The translations under genes were made by a program, and so were the position numbers. Shown piece by piece: positions 29,201-33,118 of a stretch of 33,118 nucleotides of DNA. The stretch is from positions 1 through 33,118 of the forward strand of contig JBBSJV010000003.1 in assembly GCA_038256935.1 (NCBI GenBank), read 5' to 3'. Below the pieces are notes generated by a model. That model was not told where the DNA came from and searched no databases. It worked only from the letters and a program-made list of their open reading frames with translations. This DNA is from Patescibacteria group bacterium. Lineage in GTDB: Bacteria > Patescibacteriota > JACMRA01. Each line of letters opens with the position of its first letter. Positions within the stretch are counted from its first letter, which is position 1.

Positions 29201-29854
29201 TGGTTGAGTTTCTATTGGTTCATTTTGTAAACACAAACTAACAACTTCTCTTCTCTCTTCTTGGTAAAATTCAAAAATTTTGGTTTTTCCATCTCTGGCG
29301 TAGACGACACTACTTTGATTAGGATCCCTTTCTAAATCGTCTATAGATGGTGTGGTGTTCCAGATATCAATCAGTACCGCTGATACAGTGGTTGTTGAGA
29401 CAACTAGTAGAAGAATAACAACAAGCCCAGCAACTAAACTCTTACGGCCAAATCTTTTCCATGAAAATCCAAAGTTTTTTCTCAAATCTTTTATATTTTG
29501 GCTCCAACTAGTATTTCCTTTTCTACCTAAAACAACACCCTCTTGGGAATTATTAGCATTGGAGTGAGTATTAAACTCTGTTCCAATCTTACTGCCCTTT
29601 CTCACTATTTGGCGCGGTTTTTCTACTAAATACCCATCTTTTTCTAAAATTTCATCTAGATTCTGACTACCTTGTTCACTAGGTAAAGCAAACCAGGCAT
29701 CGTCTCTTTTTACCATAGCATTTGGCTCACCTTGAGTAGCATTTTTAGGTTCCACTTTATCATCTTGGTTATGACTATGGGGTGAGTGTTTCCCAGAGTG
29801 GTCATTTTTTTTGATATCTAAGCCTTTTTTCTTGCCTTTATGAGAATCGTTCAT
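26216..29854 (-). CDS. Class A penicillin-binding protein (transglycosylase plus transpeptidase) with C-terminal beta-rich domains
   Basis: TG motifs EDENF, GASGLSQQLIKN, RKIRE, YLN; TP motifs GSSIK (SxxK), SLN, KTGT. Confidence 0.93.
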   Translation of the reverse strand: MNDSHKGKKKGLDIKKNDHSGKHSPHSHNQDDKVEPKNATQGEPNAMVKRDDAWFALPSEQGSQNLDEILEKDGYLVEKPRQIVRKGSKIGTEFNTHSNANNSQEGVVLGRKGNTSWSQNIKDLRKNFGFSWKRFGRKSLVAGLVVILLLVVSTTTVSAVLIDIWNTTPSIDDLERDPNQSSVVYARDGKTKIFEFYQEERREVVSLCLQNEPIETQPNCIPTEMQLAIVALEDENFHDNELGIPWRNIAGAGFKCFTSVGDECRGASGLSQQLIKNITEDDDRSVDRKIRELFTAVQLNENTSTTEILDKYLNWVPFGRNAYGVQQASRSYFNKDIKDINIIEACYLSSMVQQTSYFEGGVRRIGDANIQISNGLLGIENVDETVVENVDGQEIAVNVNADDSALTAARDLEFRKNVCLQKLEEKEFPLENGVRGKYIESKDQLLSLQTTPVVSTTDEAAGQVARTENKVAFVTLPVSDPYPHFREYITKELTKFISETELYEEGYDIITTLDPQIQQDVTQIVAESEPQITRFEANNASAVVVDGPTGQVVAMVGSLAYNRADIDGKVNIATSAQQPGSSIKPYIYAAAFRNGFNPGTMINDMQTNWGSYTPKNFDNRFRGPVSMRRALQGSLNIPAVKTLFLVNDDPASNQASKLDTFFNYTESMGVVFPCVEGASNPDRFGVKNAGVETCAPNEIKGVTAEDVKNAYRGRCFIASALGGCEVTLLSHTTGINTFLQEGNLRTATPFISIKKKKGGEDVYLKKQSSATPVYPVKDADEENKLIARQVTQVMSDYSSRAAEFGSSRTLLELKDKRWKVAAKTGTSNGPRDLWTVGGTPYYSISVWVGRTDNGAMASNVSSSIGAAPVWNRIMEYMHNGKEVKNFSTEGLTRVFVNSRTGLNNNTPADPNQPAEPQRPTGSVEYLTKKQIEQLNKKTGVVALATPAEVEKYKAQSIFENRSTVLPASYFVNKADGKLFVEGTTDESNKEEVRCFLLVAEFNTPAWRNPSDEWSKRDPSYCNIPEPSTQTGPLIAVEPDIATNLITGNNAISNVTMSASFPAATGLTVTTVRILRDGTQLASTAGAVTAAAVNPGPGNFVFEVTDNNGKVYTRSVSATIQAVPATYSNLSCPSTMASGSIVTCTLNYNPSTVTSARVYFSGGSQQDCQLSNGLARCPLAAIPNTTGAGFGPSVVISINGGGPTVTSVPVTVN

Positions 29855-29956
29855 AGTATTGATAACTAATAAATTCTTAGCTTGAAAGACTAGTTTAGTC
29901 AAGCATTGATTTATAAAAATTAGACAATTTTAGTTGTCTTGAATATAAATTTTTTT

Positions 29957-31156
29957 ATGTCAGATCACTCTCATCACGGACACGCCCATCATGAATCCAA
30001 ACCCCTATCTTTCAAAACTGCCATAGCCAAAGTTATTGCTATTATCTTTACTCTAATTATAATTTTCTCAATTTCTAGGTTTATGCAGCCAAGACTTGAA
30101 GAAATTTTGGTTAATAACCAAGCTAATTCTGCTGGTTTTGTAATCGCCACAGTGGATCAAATACAACCTTTAAATGCTGATGAATTCACAGATGCCATGG
30201 TTTATAATATTGTGGTTCGACTATCTAGTGGGGAGGTTTTGGATATTGAATATTCTATACCTACTATAGCCGTTGATCAACTTCCAAATGAGGGTGAACA
30301 AGTCATTCTGGCTAGATTTATTAATCCTGAAGGAGAGCAATATTATATCTCTGATAGGTTTAGACTACCGACTTTATTTATTTTAGTATTATTGTTTATT
30401 TTCTTTGTGGTGGCTTTAACTGGCTGGAAAGGTATATACGCCATAATTGGACTTGGTCTTAGCATTCTTTTGTTATTTACAAATTACTTACCGGCTATTT
30501 TATTGTTTGGAAACCCCGTACTATTATCTTTTATTGTTGGTGTTTTTACCCTTTCTTTAACACTATTTTTGACTCAAGACTGGAGTGTGTTTACTCTAAT
30601 TTCGATTATTGCAGGGGGGATTACTTTGGCTTTTGCTTTTTGGCTGTCTTCTTTGGGGGTGTCAGCTATGAGATTATCAGGACAAGCCAGTGAAGAAGCT
30701 TATCAATTGCAATATATTCAATCAGGTGTGCCACTAGCTTTTCAGGGTATATTACTAGGTAGTATCGTGCTTGGGACTATTGGTATTTTAGATGATGTAA
30801 TTACCACCCAAGTAGCTACTGTAGCCGAGATCTCAAAAGGTACTAGCAAAACCTTCAAGCAAGTCTTTTCTCAGTCTATGAATGTTGGTAAAACTCATAT
30901 TTTAGCTCTTATAAATACACTTGCTATAGCTTATTTGAGTGCAGGACTGCCGATATTTTTGAGCTATATCCTAACTCGTATTGCTCCATGGTGGGTTATT
31001 TTAAATTCTGAATTAATCAGTGAAGAATTAGTTCGAACCATTATTGGTAGTATGACATTATGTATGGCAGTTCCTATCTCTACAGCCTTAGCTTCTTGGT
31101 ATTATACTAAGCAAAATCCCAGCCAGCAAAGCCCCGAAACTAGCCATGTTCATTAA
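29957..31156 (+). CDS. YibE/F family membrane protein
   Basis: YYISDRFR, GTIGILDDV, MNVGKTHI..LINTL..AY..AGLP, EELVRT; His-rich N-terminus. Confidence 0.88.
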   Translation: MSDHSHHGHAHHESKPLSFKTAIAKVIAIIFTLIIIFSISRFMQPRLEEILVNNQANSAGFVIATVDQIQPLNADEFTDAMVYNIVVRLSSGEVLDIEYSIPTIAVDQLPNEGEQVILARFINPEGEQYYISDRFRLPTLFILVLLFIFFVVALTGWKGIYAIIGLGLSILLLFTNYLPAILLFGNPVLLSFIVGVFTLSLTLFLTQDWSVFTLISIIAGGITLAFAFWLSSLGVSAMRLSGQASEEAYQLQYIQSGVPLAFQGILLGSIVLGTIGILDDVITTQVATVAEISKGTSKTFKQVFSQSMNVGKTHILALINTLAIAYLSAGLPIFLSYILTRIAPWWVILNSELISEELVRTIIGSMTLCMAVPISTALASWYYTKQNPSQQSPETSHVH

Positions 31157-31262
31157 ATTAGATCAGATAATTTATCTTTCTTGTTAGATGAAAATCAAAA
31201 AATGTCTTTACTTGCCACACTAGGGCGGCATTGATTAGTAATTCAAAAAACTGATCTCTATA

Positions 31263-31820
31263 TTATATCTTTTCCCAGTACCCTTCACTAGGACCTGCTG
31301 GACCATCTGGTTGTCCTGATAAACAAACTTCACAAATCGGAAAAATTTGGCCCTTTTTAAGATCTAGTATATACCCACAATCTTTACATAGATACTCCCC
31401 GTCTTCAGCTACGATCTGTCCCCATTTGAAATACCCATCACTAGGCTCAGTGGTATCTTTGTAGTTTTGAGCTACAGAAACTAGTGCTTCAAGATAATCT
31501 AGATCCTTTTCAAGTTGTGGTTTTAGTTCCAAGATTTCTAACCTACCTTCGCTAACTCTGGCTAGAATAAGATTTTCTCCAGGTTTATTTGAATTTGCTA
31601 GCCCTACTACTTGCTTCCAAACATCACCTTCACGGTCATTGATAACTACTTCTGATTCTTTGCTAGTACCATAATTAAGGATCTTTACAACTACACCAGT
31701 ATCAGTTAATTGCTGGTTTTTAGCTTCTAGCTTTTGTACTAACTCTTGCCCGTAAGCTGATTCACAATCAACAGTGATAAAGGCTAAAAGGTGATCTTGG
31801 GGTAAAAACGATAAATCCAT
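31263..31820 (-). CDS. Hypothetical protein with C-terminal zinc ribbon
   Basis: GEYLCKDCG...FPICEVC...WEK. Confidence 0.7.
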   Translation of the reverse strand: MDLSFLPQDHLLAFITVDCESAYGQELVQKLEAKNQQLTDTGVVVKILNYGTSKESEVVINDREGDVWKQVVGLANSNKPGENLILARVSEGRLEILELKPQLEKDLDYLEALVSVAQNYKDTTEPSDGYFKWGQIVAEDGEYLCKDCGYILDLKKGQIFPICEVCLSGQPDGPAGPSEGYWEKI

Positions 31821-31840
31821 AGTAAAATATTATTGATCTA

Positions 31841-31869
31841 AGTTTACCCCTCAGATATGGTTTTGTCAA
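31841..31869 (-). promoter_or_regulatory. Sigma70 promoter
   Basis: TTGACA-17 nt-TAAACT, 20 nt upstream of ATG 31820. Confidence 0.75.
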
Positions 31870-31902
31870 TTCTATTAAACCCTCTAATTTAGCCTTATAT
31901 AT

Positions 31903-32026
31903 AGCTAATCCATATATGACTTAGACAACGCAGGCCACAACTGTTTCAGTGGCATTATTGATAAATTAAGTATTGCAAGGCTTGCGAGCAATGCGTCCAA
32001 GTGTCTAGGTTAGATGGGGATTAACT
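31903..32026 (+). repeat. ~120-nt structured dispersed element, copy B
   Basis: agctaatccatatatgacttagaca pairs with tgtctaggttagatggggattaact; homologous to the reverse complement of 12400-12520. Confidence 0.85.
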
Positions 32027-32121
32027 GTACGTCATGATGAATTAATAGTTGTATGAAAATTAGTACCGCCATGATTTTGCTTCCCATTGTAAAAATATAG
32101 TTTTACTGCTAAAATTAAAAA

Positions 32122-32844
32122 GTGAGTTTATCTTCAATACCTATTGCCACAGTACCATTATTTGGTAAGCAGGTACCTGTTTATACAAAAGGTGTTGGAA
32201 ATAGTTTTGAATATAGATATAATCAAGTCTGGGTTGGAAGTAGTGTTGGAGGGGATATGGATAAATTAAACTCGGCTTTTGAAAAATACTGCCAAGTCGA
32301 ACTTAAAAAGATTGTTACTAATCAAATCCAAAAACTACGCAGCAAAAAAGTAAAAGTAAAACTTGATTACATTCGAGCAGGTAAAAAGGTGCAAGTTGAT
32401 GAAGTTTTATCAGTCAATGACTATTTAGATAAGTTTGGCTACAGCCGTGAGATTGAAATAGAGATTAAACCTGCTGAAAAAGAATGGGGGATCAATAGTA
32501 TTGACGGTAAAAGGAAACAATTCAAATTATTTTTCAATCAAAACCTGATCAAATATGACTCTGGCAAACACATTGAATATGTTGTTGCTCATGAGCTAAC
32601 CCATGTTTTCCACAGGCACCATGAAAAAGAATTTCACAATACACTAGCTAGACTATACCTTAGAAAAAAGACTTCGGAAAACTTTTTTAGTAATAGAATT
32701 CGCTTCGTATTCGCTAAATCACAAGTTTCAAATAGTTTATTTATTTTTCTAATTGGAGTCTTTGTTGTTATAGTTTTGTTCTTATTATTTGGGTATTTAA
32801 GTCAGATTTTTAGTCTGCTTTTGACCCCTCAAACTAGATTTTAA
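32122..32844 (+). CDS. YgjP/DUF45-like zinc metallopeptidase-fold protein with C-terminal TM
   Basis: KEWG, FNQNL, IEYVVAHELTHVFHRHHEKEF (HExxH); GTG start. Confidence 0.8.
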   Translation: MSLSSIPIATVPLFGKQVPVYTKGVGNSFEYRYNQVWVGSSVGGDMDKLNSAFEKYCQVELKKIVTNQIQKLRSKKVKVKLDYIRAGKKVQVDEVLSVNDYLDKFGYSREIEIEIKPAEKEWGINSIDGKRKQFKLFFNQNLIKYDSGKHIEYVVAHELTHVFHRHHEKEFHNTLARLYLRKKTSENFFSNRIRFVFAKSQVSNSLFIFLIGVFVVIVLFLLFGYLSQIFSLLLTPQTRF

Positions 32845-33118
32845 CTGAGCTTTATGTCATAAAATCACACTTTAGTTAATTGCTCCAACTCGAAAACTAT
32901 GATACAATGATAATTAGATCTGAAACAAAGCAAATTCGAGCAATCGGAAACAGTTGTTTTAGAACTACGGATCTGCACAACGCAACAAGGGACATAATTA
33001 TTTTTCAGGTAAGTATTGAGCATACTAGCCGTAAACCATAGCTTTGCACAGCCACAAAACATACTTTATCCTTGTTACCCAGTTTGCAGATCCATTTTTA
33101 AGATATCTAACCCAATAT

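Noticed and set aside
110-29567. Short antisense or nested ORFs in the track (e.g. 110-310, 3085-3369, 11111-11416, 17196-17585, 18710-19024, 26538-27856)
   Set aside because: Shadows of well-supported genes; no motifs
31903-32026. Integron attC site (GTTAGAT at the 3' end)
   Set aside because: No matching RYYYAAC, copy A lacks the consensus, and no integrase or cassette array is present; not fully excluded
32865-33062. 65-aa Cys-rich minus-strand ORF
   Set aside because: No recognisable motif, at the window edge, with competing short plus-strand frames

Overview
This is an AT-rich bacterial chromosomal window read in the standard genetic code. Gene content and style (short SD-less leaders, CPR-type murC and class A PBP, a GHSS-type sortase) suggest Patescibacteria/CPR, by inference only. 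Housekeeping genes are murC, tuf, pth, map, pfkA, gdhA and a class A PBP. Accessory genes include ABC transporters, an AbrB/PIN toxin-antitoxin pair, NUDIX and YdeN hydrolases, a flavodoxin-like protein, a phage-type P-loop kinase, BRO-N and mgtE. I saw no rRNA, tRNA, CRISPR array, integrase or transposase. Highlights: (1) a sortase-like protein with Ser at the catalytic Cys position, overlapping tail-to-tail with a secreted protein that ends in LPRTGG but has no membrane anchor; (2) a lepA gene that stops right after the GTPase domain; (3) two inverted copies of a ~120-nt hairpin element 19.4 kb apart with covarying outer stems; (4) a 96-bp structured tandem repeat abutting the tuf promoter; (5) a family of GTCA/TGAC REP-like palindromes, including a nested cluster; (6) six single-lesion pseudogene candidates confined to accessory genes; (7) a 55-aa DUF2256-like gene missed by the ORF track.
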